Source: Squalus acanthias
Taxonomy: Eukaryota
NCBI GenBank assembly: GCA_030390025.1
Contig: CM059436.1
Span: 81,654,001-81,718,000 of the forward strand
Direction: 5' to 3'
DNA length: 64,000 nucleotides
Both the position numbers and the translations under genes were made by a program. Below, piece by piece: positions 12,962 through 25,858 of the stretch (positions are counted from its first letter, which is position 1; each line of letters starts with the position of its first letter). The notes below the pieces were generated by a model that ran no database searches, was not told the origin of the DNA, and saw only the letters and a list, made by a program, of their open reading frames with translations.

Positions 12962-13760
12962 TAAACAGTGCCTCAGGTGAGTCTGGTATGTGAACTGCAA
13001 ATTGGAAAATGCTTGCAAGTCTCAGGCTCTGGGTCAGAAGCACCCAGAATTAAGTAACAGTTTATCTTTCTTGATATTTGAAGTGTGATAAATATGCTAG
13101 ATACAACATTTTTATAGATAGATATAGTTTACTTTGTTCGGATTGTTTTTTCATACAACCTCCTGTCGTATTGCACATGGGGAGTCAAAACTAAGTGTAG
13201 TCTTCAGGTGAAACAAAATTAGAGGGTAGGGGATTATTGGATCAGTGTGTGCAGACATCATTCAGTCTCTATTTTTAAAGTTATTCTGTCCTTATTTTTG
13301 TATTTCCAATATAAATTTCTATGTCCACATTTATAATGGAAACTGCCCATGTAAAATCTGTAATTAATTACAGCATGACACTCTCCTGCCATTGACAATG
13401 CTGCAACATCCCCACTGGAAAAATAATAACCAATTACCTGTTTTACATGGGCAGATTACAACATAAATGATGACATGCGAATTTATAATAGCGAAATGTT
13501 GACGGGAAGTGTGCGCAAATGTAAGATTTTTAATGTATTAAGTAGATGTGTATAGCAGTGGAATTTTGGAGTTCCTGCGATCTTCAATTTACTATATTTG
13601 TTAAAAAAAAAATTCAAATGTAGCTTTTTAGATTCTCTACCTCCCCTTCTGAAAGCGTCAACTCTTCGCTGGGGCACAGTTTCCTGTATGCCTTCACATT
13701 TGAGCCTTGAGAATGCGTGGCACAAGTGAATACAATCCTGTCCTTACCTAAAAATATATA

Positions 13761-14669
13761 CTGGAATCCCTTGCCATACGTGGATTTCAAGTATACACTG
13801 TTTTCTCTCTGCGACAAATTTTGCCAACCGCAGCAGTGAATTTTGCGTATACACGGTCGTGCTTCCATGCATCTGCGCCGCTCTTTTGAGCGTGTGTGTG
13901 TGTGTGTCCCATTTTGCCTTTAATTACAGTATTGTATTCTGTTTCGCCCTTAATCATGGCCCCTAAGCGTAATCTCAGTGGTAAAGGTGAATCAATAGCG
14001 AAAAGGGCAAGGAATGTACTAACCTTAGATAGGAAATTAGATGTCGTTAATAGACTTGCCCGTGGTGAAACTACAGCGTCGGTTGGACGACTAATGGGGG
14101 TTAACGAGTCCACCATTAGAACCATTTAAAAAAAAGTTAAGTGTCGATAAGGGCAGTATTGCGGGTGGCTCTTCGAAAAGTGCTAAAGTGTCGTTTATGC
14201 CACGGGACCATAAGCTTGAAAAAATGGAGAAGGCACTTAATATCTGGTTGGAAGACGAGAACCAGAAAAAAGTGAATGTTAATTCCGCATGGGTACGTAA
14301 GAAGGCCCTTAGTATCTACAAGCATCTTACTGTGGCTGCTGGGGAAAGTGTAGATGACAAAGTTTCAAGCGAGTAAGGGCTGGTTAGAAAATTTTAAGAG
14401 TTCGCCTTGACTAACCTCAATTCTTTAAGAAATGACCCAGTTGCATCAACCAGCCACGATGTCGCTTCTCCGCATTCACCCCCCTCGATTGATCTTTTTT
14501 ATTGTGTTATTTAAAATAAAGCAACTTACTTAGGCTCTGACGAGTGTAAGTGCGGCCGCGTTCCCCCTAACCCCATTTTTCCCATAAGGTCTTATATTTG
14601 CCAACCGCGGTTTTACCAACCACGGGGGTTTTCAGGAACGTATCCCCCACAGTTGGGGAGGGATTACTG
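13761..14669 (+). mobile_element. Internally deleted Tigger/pogo DNA transposon with frameshifted transposase N-terminus
   Basis: From ATG 13956: MAPKR...VLTLDRKLDVVNRLARGE...GVNESTIRTI (psq-type HTH), MEKALNIWLED...KKALSIY and FQASKGWLENFK (CENP-B HTH); no DDE domain; imperfect TIRs (16/23) with TA flanks. Confidence 0.88.
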
Positions 14670-16599
14670 TATACACCCAAGGCATATATGCACTTTCACA
14701 GTTTACTGGATAGCAATCTGGGGGCTCAGACAGTTGCAGCACAGCCCTGGTTGACATCAGCTAATTATTACAGAATGGAGATAGAATTTGAGCTGCTCTT
14801 GGTTTGTTTATCTCAGCTACTCATTTGCTAACCTCATTATTGGTGGAGTTCTATTGTCCTCTTCAATAAATATAACCTGATTCACTATCGCCTCTTTTTT
14901 TGGTTTTTGACATCAACACTTGAGGGTGGACAGGTGATCTGTGTCTAGGGTTCTTCCATTTTTGAGTTGCTATTTAGGATGTGTGCAAAAGTGGACTTGC
15001 CCTTGGACTTTTATTTCCAAGGCTTCTTTTGGGAAGGACTCACAACTGTGGAGAGAGAAGCTCATTGTGGCTATGAATTTGGCTCCTACCACTTTGGTAG
15101 TGCACAGAATGGGTATATATTCTGATATTCTACCAGTGATTTTGGGTATGCTTTATAAGATGTTGTGATGCATGGCATTTAGGATTGTGCATGTGCGTAT
15201 GTGTATTTATCAGAAACCATCTGCTTGTCTTTTCTCTTGCGATAGTTTATCTGTAAATATGTTTGTTTCTAGTCCCATCGTCCTTATTTGGTCTTGGTTG
15301 TTGAATGAAATTCCAAGCGGTGATGGTTGTGAACCATGCTCGTTTGTATATGTTTAATATTTCTCTGTAATGCTTATTGCGCAGTTGACCCATGCTAAGT
15401 TAATACCATGCACTAATCAAAATAGTGTTTCTTTTTATCCATTTATTCATATTCCATTGCATAGATGAAACCACTTCAACATCAGCTACAATTACATTAC
15501 GAAATATGGGTGTTACAAATTTCTGCTCTAAGATATTCTCTCACATTCATGTCATTGTTCTTCCATAAGTGGACCTGTGCACCTCGCAATGAGGAGTTTG
15601 CTTTCATTGCCCGATATTAATGACACCCCTTGTTATATGAACAGGGTATCATGGTCTTCACACTTGTCTCCCTCTGAAAGGTGGACTGTAACACTTTAGT
15701 GAGACAAGGCCAGATAAGGATTGCTAAGCTGTCAGTAAGTGAATGTACAGCGCAATAGTTATAGGAAATCTCCAATTCATACAACTTAACTTCAGTCCCT
15801 CATAAATAAGAAAAATAATACAAAATTGGTGACACATTATTTTTAACAGGCTGAAAGCATTCAATTTTCTTGGACAGTCTTTCTCTGAAACCTGACCAGT
15901 TATCTTGGCAGTCTTTCTAATTAAAGATCACCTTGCCTTCACACTTGGGAGCCTTTGGAACTGATTCTAAACATGTATTTCATTTTTTCTGTTCCCCGTG
16001 CCCATTGGCAATGGGATGGGGACTTGACCTTCGACCCCTCCCCTGTTGGTCAGTAGAGCTGCCAATTACATTGGTTGTTTCTCCCACTCCTCTACCCCAA
16101 TGTAGGCCAGGCTGGACCACCTCATGCTATGTATGTTTGACTTCAATTCCTCCCAACCTCAAGTGTGACTGCTTACTGGACGTGTCTGAAACAAATACCC
16201 TATTGTCCCAGTTTTGATGGCTGCTCATCATGTGTAGGGTGAGCTCGTTAACTTACTAATCCTACCTCTGTTCCACTGGCTGTAAGGTGGATTTTTATAT
16301 CTTTTGAAAACTCACCTTTTAGCATAAAAGCAACACTTGAATTTAAGGTGTATTCAAGTATTTTTTGTGGAAAAAGTCAAAAATAGCCAAAGCACAACAA
16401 AGGGTATAGTTAAAAAAAAAACTATTTGAGTGCTAGGAAGAAAGTTAGATAGTGAGAAATAAAGAATAAAAGCAAGATAAGATAACAAGAAGAAAAGTAT
16501 TTTGCAGAGCTGTTTGACCACACAGGATAATAACCTGTTGTGGGGTGGACTTCGCCCTGATTATCAGTGGCAGACAATGTGTTTCTGGACATATAGTTA

Positions 16600-16990
16600 C
16601 ATAGAGTCCACTACAGCACAGAAACAGGCCATTCAACCCAACTGGTCTGTGCTGGTATTTATGCTCCACATGAGCCTCCTCCCATCCCTCTTCATCTAGC
16701 CCCATCAACATATCCTACTCCTTTCTCCCTCGTGCTTATTTATCTTCCTCTTAAATGCATCTATGCTATTTGCCTCAACTACTCCTAGTGGTAGCGAGTC
16801 CCACAATCTTGCCACTCTTTGGGTAAAGAAGGTTCTCCTGAAATCCCTATTTGATTTGTTAGTGCCCGTCTTATATTTATACCCTCTAGTTTTGGACTCC
16901 CCCACAAGTGGAAACATTTTCTCCATGTCTACCCTATCCAACCCTTTCATAATCTTAAAGACCTCAATCTGATCACCCCTCAATCTTCTA
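16600..16990 (-). mobile_element. CR1 3' fragment
   Basis: ORF 16705..17040 (RRLRGDQIEVFKIM, FFTQRVARLWDSLP). Confidence 0.88.
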
Positions 16991-17999
16991 TACTTGAGAT
17001 AATGAAGGATTGTTTGACCTATGAAGCCTATTCTTCCCATGGATTATGCGCAAACTGTTTCACAGTGGACTCTACTTGGCCTATGTTAATTCCAGAAGAG
17101 AGGTTTTGTAAATTTCTTTACATTTTCCGCCCCCCCCCCCCCCCCCCCCAAAATAAATTACGTAATTCATTGCAAGTGTGAATCAAAATAGGTTGATTGA
17201 CCGGCCCTTTTTGCTGAAATATAAATACCCATGCATTTTATGAAAACAGAATAAAGCATTCTAAATGGCATTTGCACACAGTGACTTGTGCCTTTCTTGA
17301 ACACAACACAACGGATGTCAAAAAAGGGTCTGCCAGAGCGAAAGCAATTCATCAAAGGGCATAGCCTTTATTAATAGCACCACCACCATCAAAAACAAGA
17401 GACAAGTCTGAAAACAGAAATAAACAAAGTATTGTTTTAATTTAAAGTATTGCAACTGAGGTACACAGTGTTACTTTACCACTCGGAAGGATGCATCTTT
17501 TCATTTATTTTTATTGGCTGTCATCAATATATTTTGTCCTTTTATTAACTAGCACCTGCAGGTTAATGGTGTACTGGCACAATGATGCAGGAAAAAATAA
17601 TATATTCAGCAAAATTTAAAGGAAACTACTAAAAATTGAGACAGGAAATACTGTTGGCTACAGCTGGTCATGGGCCAGTACCCCTGCTCCCTGAAAATAA
17701 GTTTCAACCCTTCGGTGCTTCACATGCAGACAGAGTTGGAGCTTATGATAACTGGCAAATTGTCCTGAACTAGGACCATTGAATGAATGATGATGCTTGG
17801 ATTGGTGATACATTGCTGCAGAAGAAGAGATGTAGAATTCAATATATATTTTTATGTATCTAGGACAAGAGAAGCCCATCAGGCGCATATGTGCTGGCCC
17901 CTCGCACACCCACCCCCATCCTTCAGCTGATTTAATTCTCATGTACCAAATCCTCCCTCTCTCCCACCCCCAACTCTTGGGAGCTACAAAAAAAAAGGG

Positions 18000-19700
18000 C
18001 CTGTAGCCAATTCAGAAGTCTTATGTTTTATAAAAAAAATCCTCTCTGACTCTTCATGGGTGATCAGGCAAGTCCCAAGAGGCCCTAAACCCATTAACTA
18101 TACTCTTCACCCTTGTTTTGCGTGCAACTGCACACTTGTCTATTTTGAAAGCCATTTGCCAAACTCGGGCCTACTTACTCATTTACTTGTAATCTATTCC
18201 CTTTTCTAAGTTTCTGACAACCATATCATTTGGTGGTGTGCATGAATTAGTCTGCTGCTTATGCTGTCCTGCAGGTTGTTGATGCATTTGATCAACCAAT
18301 TGTGACTGGGCCCCATTGGAAAGTTGTTCCATTTAGAAACACCCTTTGTTTATGACCCATTCGACATTTTTTCCACTTCACTTCAACCACATCATGAGAT
18401 CTAAATTAACCACACAATCCCTCATGCAGTACCTTTATCAAGTTTTTTGGGGGGGAAATTTAAGTAAACTGTGTCCACTGGATCTCCTTGATTCACCATT
18501 CTAGTCCCTCTTCAGAACAGGACCTCTGTTAGCTGCCATAACCCTTTTAAATTCTAAATGCTTATTTATAGCATCCCTTATCGGCCTTTCCATCAATTTC
18601 TCCACCGCAGAGGTAAGACTCACTGGCCTAAAATTCCCACTATTTGACTTTTTTTAAAAAGGGGACCACATGTTTTTTTCTAATCATCTGGTACTGTCTC
18701 CATTCCAATGAGCGTTTGGAAAATATTCATCAGGGCTTCACACAAAACCCCTGCCATTTCTTTCAGTGCCCTAGGAAAAATTAAGTCTGGCCCAGCTGCT
18801 TTTCCTACCTTGACGCTTTTAATTTAGCTAGTACCATTTTGTTTGTGATGTGCAAACTATCTACCTAGGTTTTAGTCCTATTTGCTAGGCAAGGGGCAGA
18901 TCTAACCTCCTCTCAATTAGAAAAAAAATAACAAATTAACAGTCCATTGCTTCTGCTATACCTTGTCATGATTTATAATCTTCCTCAAGTCATCCTTTAA
19001 TTGTTTTATTTGCCCCTAACTGAACTTTGACTCTCAAAATAACTAAAAGATACTTTTCCATTGTCATGACTCCTTTCTACTATCCTCCTGTCGAAATAAT
19101 TTGTTTTCCCAATACTTTCCTTTTGAGAACATTAACTATTTTTTGTACCTTGCCTTATCTAAATGACTAGTGTGTTTATTACTCATATATATCTATACCT
19201 CCTTATAGGCCAGTTTCCACATGTAGCCGTTGTGGATTTTTTCATTGTATATTCTCTCTTTTTATTAAGATGTATGAGCTTTTCCTTTCAGGATTAAAAA
19301 AAAAGTATCTCCTTTTTGTGCATTGGAGTATTCTGCACTCAGCTCCCTCTCTCACTTAACTGCTGCTATTTGCATATCTGTAAATTGAGTCTTTTAAAAT
19401 GTGACACCAGCAATCTGATTCTGCAAGATTCTCCCCTACCTCTGGGTTACCTATCAGCTATTACTAAATCCAATATATTGTCTCCACTAGCACTAGTCTC
19501 TACATGATGAATTAAAAAGCCACTGTTTATTATTAATGCCTCTTTGGGGGCCTCCTACCTCTTGTGCTTGCTCATTGTTTGTCCCTGGATAATTTAAAAC
19601 TCTCATCTGTATTAGCTTCCCTTCGTTGGTTCTCTTACAATTTGATTGCATAGCTGCAGATTCTCATCCCTCCCTGAAACCCATATCATTTAATATTATG
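18000..19700 (-). mobile_element. Ancient, highly decayed CR1-like RT region
   Basis: Residual similarity to the younger CR1 in this window (gcagtacctttatcaag, gaggtaagactcactggccta, gtctggcccagctgcttt); boundaries approximate. Confidence 0.55.
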
Positions 19701-19921
19701 TACCATCTTTTTATGATCTGTGCTTCATCATTTCTGGCCAACTCTCCATAATGTCATTTGTCCCCACATGAACAACAACAGTAGTTATTTTAGACACCTT
19801 GTTAGCACTTCCTCAACTCTACTATCTGTCAAGTTGTCTTAGAGTTGTGTGAATAAGGATACATCAGATAGAATCACTTGCTAGAAAATTGTGTTGAAGA
19901 TTTGAAAATTTAGAAGAAAAG

Positions 19922-20342
19922 GAAGATCTTGCATTTATAAAACACCTTTTATAACCTCAGGGCATCCCACGCTCCTCACAGCCAATTAAGTATTTCTGTA
20001 AGTGTAGTCAATTTTGTAATGTCGGGAAATGTGGCAGGCAGTTTGTGCACAGTGAGGTCCCACAAACAGCAATGAGATAAATGACCAGGAAATCTTTTTT
20101 TTAATGTTGGTTGACAAATGTTGGCTAGGACACTGGGGAGAACTCCATAGTGCCATGGGATCTTGTATGTCCATCTGAGAGGGCAGATATGACCTCAGTT
20201 AAACATTGCATCCGAAAGACAGCTCCTCCACAGTACAGCACTGAAGTGTCAACCTAGATTATGTACTGAAATCTTAGGAGTGAGGCATGAACCCACAATT
20301 TTCTGATAGAGGTGAGAATGCTACAGCTGAGCTAAGGCTGAC
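19922..20342 (-). mobile_element. SINE, same family as 46527
   Basis: Collinear similarity from tail to tRNA-like head (gtgccatgggatctt, gaacccaca, ctgagctaaggctgac). Confidence 0.82.
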
Positions 20343-20950
20343 AAAATTAAGATGTTCTGTCTCTTCTATGTCATTCATCCACTAGCTTCTTTTTAGTCCC
20401 TTCTATGAAATTAGCCCACTGGCTTTTTAACAGCAACCCAAATTCATTTTATTAAGATTGGAGAGTGTGGATGATCAGATGGGGGATTCTACTGAGGGTA
20501 CACAGTGAGAGAGATAGAATACATTTTTGTTGTGAAGACTCAGTGCATTCTGAAAGAAGACCTACAGTCTGCTGTTATGATTGACTGTTTTCTTCTAGAT
20601 TTTAGTTCTTTTTATGTTCTTCCACATTGTCTTTATAAAAATTACACTGTTAACAATTCTTCCCTGTAGCATGTTTTGGAATCTAACTGATTAGAGTTAC
20701 CAGAACACTAACCTGCTAGCTTCTGTTATTTGACACTAATAAAAGATTCACTGTGTTGTCACTGATACTGGAGTATAATAACCTGGCTCAACCAGAATGT
20801 AATGCTGTGCAAAAATCCTGCGCGCACACAAGGTCTGTGGAATGTGATAGTTAATTAGCAGTGTTCCAAAATGTATGCTGATATGTGGAAGATTTTGTAG
20901 AATTTATTTTTTAATGGACATAAAGTGAATAACTTGATTTGTGTTTATAG

Positions 20951-21074
20951 ATGGTGTTGAGAAATTGGATTCTGGGTGGTTAACTTGCCAAAGCGAAATT
21001 CGTTTGAGGTTACACTATTCTGAGAAACCTCCAGTTTCCATATCCAAGAAGAAGTTCAAGAAATCCAGATTTAG
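20951..21074 (+). CDS. GPCPD1: GPCPD1 exon 7 (NGVEKLDSGWLTCQSEIRLRLHYSEKPPVSISKKKFKKSRFR)
   Basis: tag acceptor, AG|GTAAAC donor, 124 nt; nearly identical to the recalled human peptide. Confidence 0.96.
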
Positions 21075-21639
21075 GTAAACTTTTTTTGTTAAAATTTAAA
21101 TTAACGCTCAATTAAGACTGTTCAGAACATCAAACCTGGACTTGATTGTTAGGAGATGCTAATTGTAACTGCTGTATGCAATTAAATTAAGACCACTAGA
21201 CTGAATGAGGTTGACCATATTCATTGGTCAAACTGGGATCTATTTTCTACAGATTTGAGAGAATATAGTTACGCTGTCCAACCTCACATTGGAACTGGAG
21301 TGGTGTATAGAAACTACTGAGTTGTGTGTCGATATTTTTACATTGTGTCGCTCGAAGAGGAGCGTGCATAATAATAGCTGTGAAACTGCAAACACTTCTA
21401 CTTCTTTGTGGGAACCTTTCTTCCTTTATAGTGTCATTGCCTTGCTAACCCTCTATGAAACCAGGTTTGTTGGAGTATAGCTTTAGAGCACAAAAGACTT
21501 TGGATCTTGCCATAGCACTCCACTTTGCATTCTCCAGACTTTCAGTTCTCTGATATCATAACATCAATTTTCTGACATATCTGCTTCTGTCATAGTTATT
21601 TTCAGCTGTATTTCCTTGTGCCACTTACATAAAGGCAAG

Positions 21640-21938
21640 TTATTTTTTTATTGGTGCTTAAGTCCTCATCCAATGAATCACTTTTGGAATTGCACTATTC
21701 CAACCACAGCAAATGAGATGAATGATAAGTTAATCTGTTTTGGTGGTTGTTTTGAGGGAAGAATGTTGGCCAAGTTGCAGAGAGACCTCAGGTATTCAGG
21801 TATTCTAATTGTGATTGGGTTTTTATGTCCACCTGAACCACTGGAATAAGGAGAGAAGGCCTTAGTTTACCCAGAAGCAGCTTCTACAATGCAGTGCTCC
21901 TTTAGTACTGCACTGACTGTTGGCCAAGATTATGTGCT
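21640..21938 (-). mobile_element. Degraded SINE, same family, abutting the LINE at 21940
   Basis: acagcaaatgagatgaatga, ttttatgtccacctga and tagtactgcactg motifs. Confidence 0.6.
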
Positions 21939-21939
21939 G

Positions 21940-24008
21940 TGGGCATTGTTGGTAGTGCCATTGAATGTCATGGGGAGGTGGCTAGATTCTCTCTTGTTGG
22001 AGATAGTCATTGCCTAAAACTTGTGTGGTGTGAATGTTACTTGCCACTTATTAGCCCAAGCCTGAATGTTGTCCTGGTCTTGCTGCATGTAGGCACGGAC
22101 TGCTTTATTATCTGAAGAGTTGCGAATGGAACTGAACACTATGCAATCATCAGCGAATGTCCCCACTTCTGACCTTATGATTGAGGGAACATAAGAACAG
22201 GAGTAGGCCATTTATCCCCTTGAGCCTGTTCCGCCTTTCAATGAGATCATGGCTGATCAAAAGGTCAATAATGAAGCAGCTGAAAATGGTTGGGGGGCCC
22301 AGCACACTACCTTCAGGAACTCCTGCAGTGATGTCCTGGGGCTGAGACGAATGGCCTCCAGCAACCACAACCATCTTTCTTTGTGCTAGTATGACTCCAG
22401 CCAATGGAGAGTTTTACACTTGATTCCCATAGACTTCAGTTTTACTGGGGCTCCTTGATGCCGAACCCAGTCAAATGTTGCCTTGATGTCAAGGACAGTT
22501 ACTCTCACCTCACCTCTGGAATTCAGCTCTCTTGTTTATGTCTGGATCAAGTCTATAATGTGGTCTGGAGCCAAGTGGTCCTGGCGGAACCCAAACTAAG
22601 TATCGGTGAGCAGATTATTAAGTGTCGTTTGATAGTACTGTCAACGACCCCTTCCATCACTTTGATGATTAAGTGTAGGCTGATAGGGCGGTAATTGGCT
22701 GGATTGGATTAGTTCTGCTTTCTGTGGCAGGACATACCTGGGCAATTTTCCACTGTGTCGGGTAGATGCCAGTGTTGTAGCTGTACTGAAATAGCTTGGC
22801 TAGTGGCGCGGCTAGTTCTGGAGCACAAGTCTTCAGCACTGTGGCCGGAATGTTGTCGGGGCCCTTAGCCTTTGCTGTATCCAGTGCACTCGACCATTTC
22901 TTGATATCATGTGGCGTGAATTGAATTGGCTGAAGACTAGCTTCTGTAATGGTGGGGATCTTGGGAATAGGCCGAGGTGGATCTTCCAGTCAGCACTTCA
23001 TGGTTCCAAACGCTTCAGCCTTGTCTTTTGCACTCATGTGCTGGGCTCTGCCATCATTGAGGATGTTCATGGAGCCACCTCCTCCCCTTGTTTAATTGTC
23101 CACCATTCACAACTGGATGTGGCAGGAGTGCAGATCTTTGATCTGATCCATTGGTTGTGGGATCACTTGCCTCTGAACATAGCGTGCGGCTTCTGCTGTT
23201 TAGCATGTTTGTAGTCCTGTGTTGTAGCTTCACCAGGTTGGCACCTCCTTTTCGGGTACACCTGGTGCTGCTCCTGGCATGCTCTTCTACACTCATTGAA
23301 CCAGGGCTGATCGCCTGGCGTAATGGTAGAGTGAGAGATATGCTGTGCCATGAGGTTACAGATTGTGGCGGAATACAGTTCTACTGCTGCTGATGGCCCA
23401 CAGCGCCTCATGGATGCCCAGTTTTGAGCTGCTAGATCTGTTCTGAATCTATCCCATTTAGCACGATGGTAGTGCCACACAACACGATGGAGGGTATCCT
23501 CGGTGTGAAGATGGAATTTTGTCTCCACAAAGACTATGTGGTGGTCACTTCTACCAATACTGTGATGCATCTGCGACAGGTAGATTGGTGAGGACGAGGT
23601 CAAGCAGGTTTTTTCCTCATTTTTGGTTCTCTCACCACCTGCCACAGGCTCAGTCTGGCAGCTATGTTCTTCAGGACTCAGTCAACTCAGTCAGTAGTGG
23701 TGTTACTGAGCCACTCTTGGTGATGACATTGAAGTCCCCCACCCAGAGTACATTCTGTGCTTCAGGTGGTATTCAGCAGGATGTTTCCTTGCCCATGTTT
23801 GACCTGATGCCATGAGACTTCATGGTGTCCGGAGTCAACGTTGAGGACTCCCAGCTGTATACCACTGTGCCGCCACCACTGGTAGGTCTATCCGGCCGGT
23901 TGGGCGGGACATACTCCGGGATGGGGATTTGAGGAGTCTGGGATGTTGGTTGAAAGGTTTGATTCTGAGTGTATGACTGTCGTGCTGTTGCTTGACTAGT
24001 CTGTGGGT
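21940..24008 (-). mobile_element. Degraded LINE (CR1 group, different family) with APE and RT remnants; short CR1 tail inserted at about 22187-22257
   Basis: Peptides IGRSDHHIV, QPWFNECRRA, AGVPEGSVLGP, FADDCIVF and WANKWQVTF in ORFs 23163..23645, 22150..22404 and 22014..22211. Confidence 0.88.
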
Positions 24009-24482
24009 CACAATGGTTTGGTATAACTGAGTGGCTTGCTAGGCAATTTTTCCCCTTTTTTTGGGCGGGTGTGCTGCCCCTTTAAGGGGCTGCACGACCC
24101 ATTCAAATTGCCGCACATACGCGTTTTTTTCCCCCATTATGAAGCCGGCAAGCGGCCTGGGCGGGACCTCCAGATTTCCCTCCCTAAAGGATTCTTTCTC
24201 CTCACACAATGGTGCTTTATGTAGATGAAAAGATCTGATGGTGACTCAAATATGCAATATATTGGTTGTATGAACAAGGTAATCATGGTTCTAGCTGAAA
24301 GCCTTAGATGCCAGCAATAACTCCAGGAATTACTTGAATTGCCTGGTTGGTAGACTGAGCTTGCAATTCGTCCTTTTTTTTCTTCAACTGTCCAGTACAA
24401 AGTTACAGATTCTTCGATATGAAGTGAATGCCCTGCAAGTATTTTTAAATTTGAATTATTTTATGCCCATTTTGTTTTTAAG

Positions 24483-24720
24483 GGTAAAATTGACATTGGA
24501 GGGTTTTGAGGAGGAGGATGAAGATGATGACAAACTGGTAACTACCTCAGTGCAGAAAATGGCCAATACTTTAGAAATTTCCTTAATCAGCAACAATGGA
24601 TACAAATCGCGTCATTCACAACCAGATTTTGGATATGCCTTGGAACCTGGCCAGTGGACAGAGTATAGCATTCAAACCATGGCGCCAGATAACCTGGAAC
24701 TGATTTTTGACTTCTTTGAG
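24483..24720 (+). CDS. GPCPD1: GPCPD1 exon 8 (VKLTLEGFEEEDEDDDK...QTMAPDNLELIFDFFE)
   Basis: Within ORF 24334..24726; aag acceptor, GAG|GTATGA donor, 238 nt. Confidence 0.96.
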
Positions 24721-24803
24721 GTATGACAATTTTTGTTCTGTTGCAGTTTAAAAAAAAAACTTCTAAGGGAAATATGTAAATTAATTATCAACGTGTGTGT
24801 TAT

Positions 24804-25590
24804 AAGAACATAACTAGGAGCAGGAGTAGGCCATTTGGTGCCTCGAGCCTGCTCTGCTGTTCAACAAGATCATTGCTGATCTGATCTTGGCCTCAGCTCC
24901 ACTTTCCTGCCCGCTCCCCATAACCCATGATTCCCCTGTAGCTCAAATATCTGTCTATCTCCACCTTGAATATATTCAATGACTCCGCTTCCACAGCTCT
25001 CTTGGGTAGAGAATTCCAAAGATTCACGACCCTCAGAGAAGAAATTCCTCCTCCTCCTCTCTGTTTTAAATGGGCGACCCCTTATTCTGAAACTATGCCC
25101 CCTAGTTCTAGATTCCCCCACGAGGGGAAACATCCTCCCTGCATTTACCCTGTCAAGCCCCCTCAGAATCTTATGTTTCAATAAGATCACCCCTCATTCT
25201 TCTAAACTCCAATGAGTATAGGCCCAAACTGCTCAACCTTTCTTCATAAGACAACCCCTTCATCTCAGGAATCAACCTAGTGAACCTTATCTGAACTGCC
25301 TCCAATGCAAGTATATCCGAGACCAAAACTGCACGCAGTACTCCAGATGTGGTCTCACCGGCGCCCTGTGCAGTTGTAGCAAGACTTCCCTACTTTTATA
25401 CTCCATCCCCCTTGCAAAGTGGATAACCTCACATTTTCCCACATTATACTCCATCTGCCAAATTTTTGCCCACTCACTTAACCTATCTATATCCCTTTGC
25501 AGACTCTGTGTCCTCCTCACAACTTGCTTTCTCACCTGTGTCCTCCTCACAACTTGCTTTCTCACCTATCTTTGTATCATCAGCAAATTG
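24804..25590 (-). mobile_element. CR1 LINE 3' fragment with internal deletions and a 30-bp tandem duplication
   Basis: ORFs 24870..25190 and 25287..25565 (LQRDIDRLSEWAKIWQMEYN); duplication at 25506-25565. Confidence 0.92.
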
Positions 25591-25704
25591 GGTGTACAAA
25601 ATTGTGTAAGTTTGAGGTGGAAGGAAAGGATTCAATATGAAACTTCCATGTTGGAGTAGTAATTGCTGTATTCATATGAGAAAAATCATTTAGAACACTG
25701 TCTC

Positions 25705-25858
25705 ATTGACAAAGGTTTTGAGGAGGAGGAGGATGATAAACTGGTAACTTACCTCAGTGCAGAAAATGGCCAATACTTTAGAAATTTCCTTAATCAGCAA
25801 CAATGGATAGAAATCATGTCATTCATAGCCAGATTTTGCGTATGCCTTGGAACCTGGC
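25705..25858 (+). pseudogene. Decayed partial duplicate of GPCPD1 exon 8
   Basis: Direct copy of about 24489-24651 (ggttttgaggaggagga...aaactggtaact...cagtgcagaaaatggccaatactttagaaatttccttaatcagcaacaatgga...tatgccttggaacctggc), with a +1 T, deletions, and TAC>TAG and CAA>TAG changes. Confidence 0.92.

Noticed and set aside
13896-14376. Domesticated TIGD or CENP-B-like host gene
   Set aside because: Frameshifted, lacks the DDE domain and is still bounded by TIRs and TA
25506-25565. CRISPR-like direct repeats
   Set aside because: Two adjacent 30-bp copies with no spacer, inside a CR1, in eukaryotic DNA
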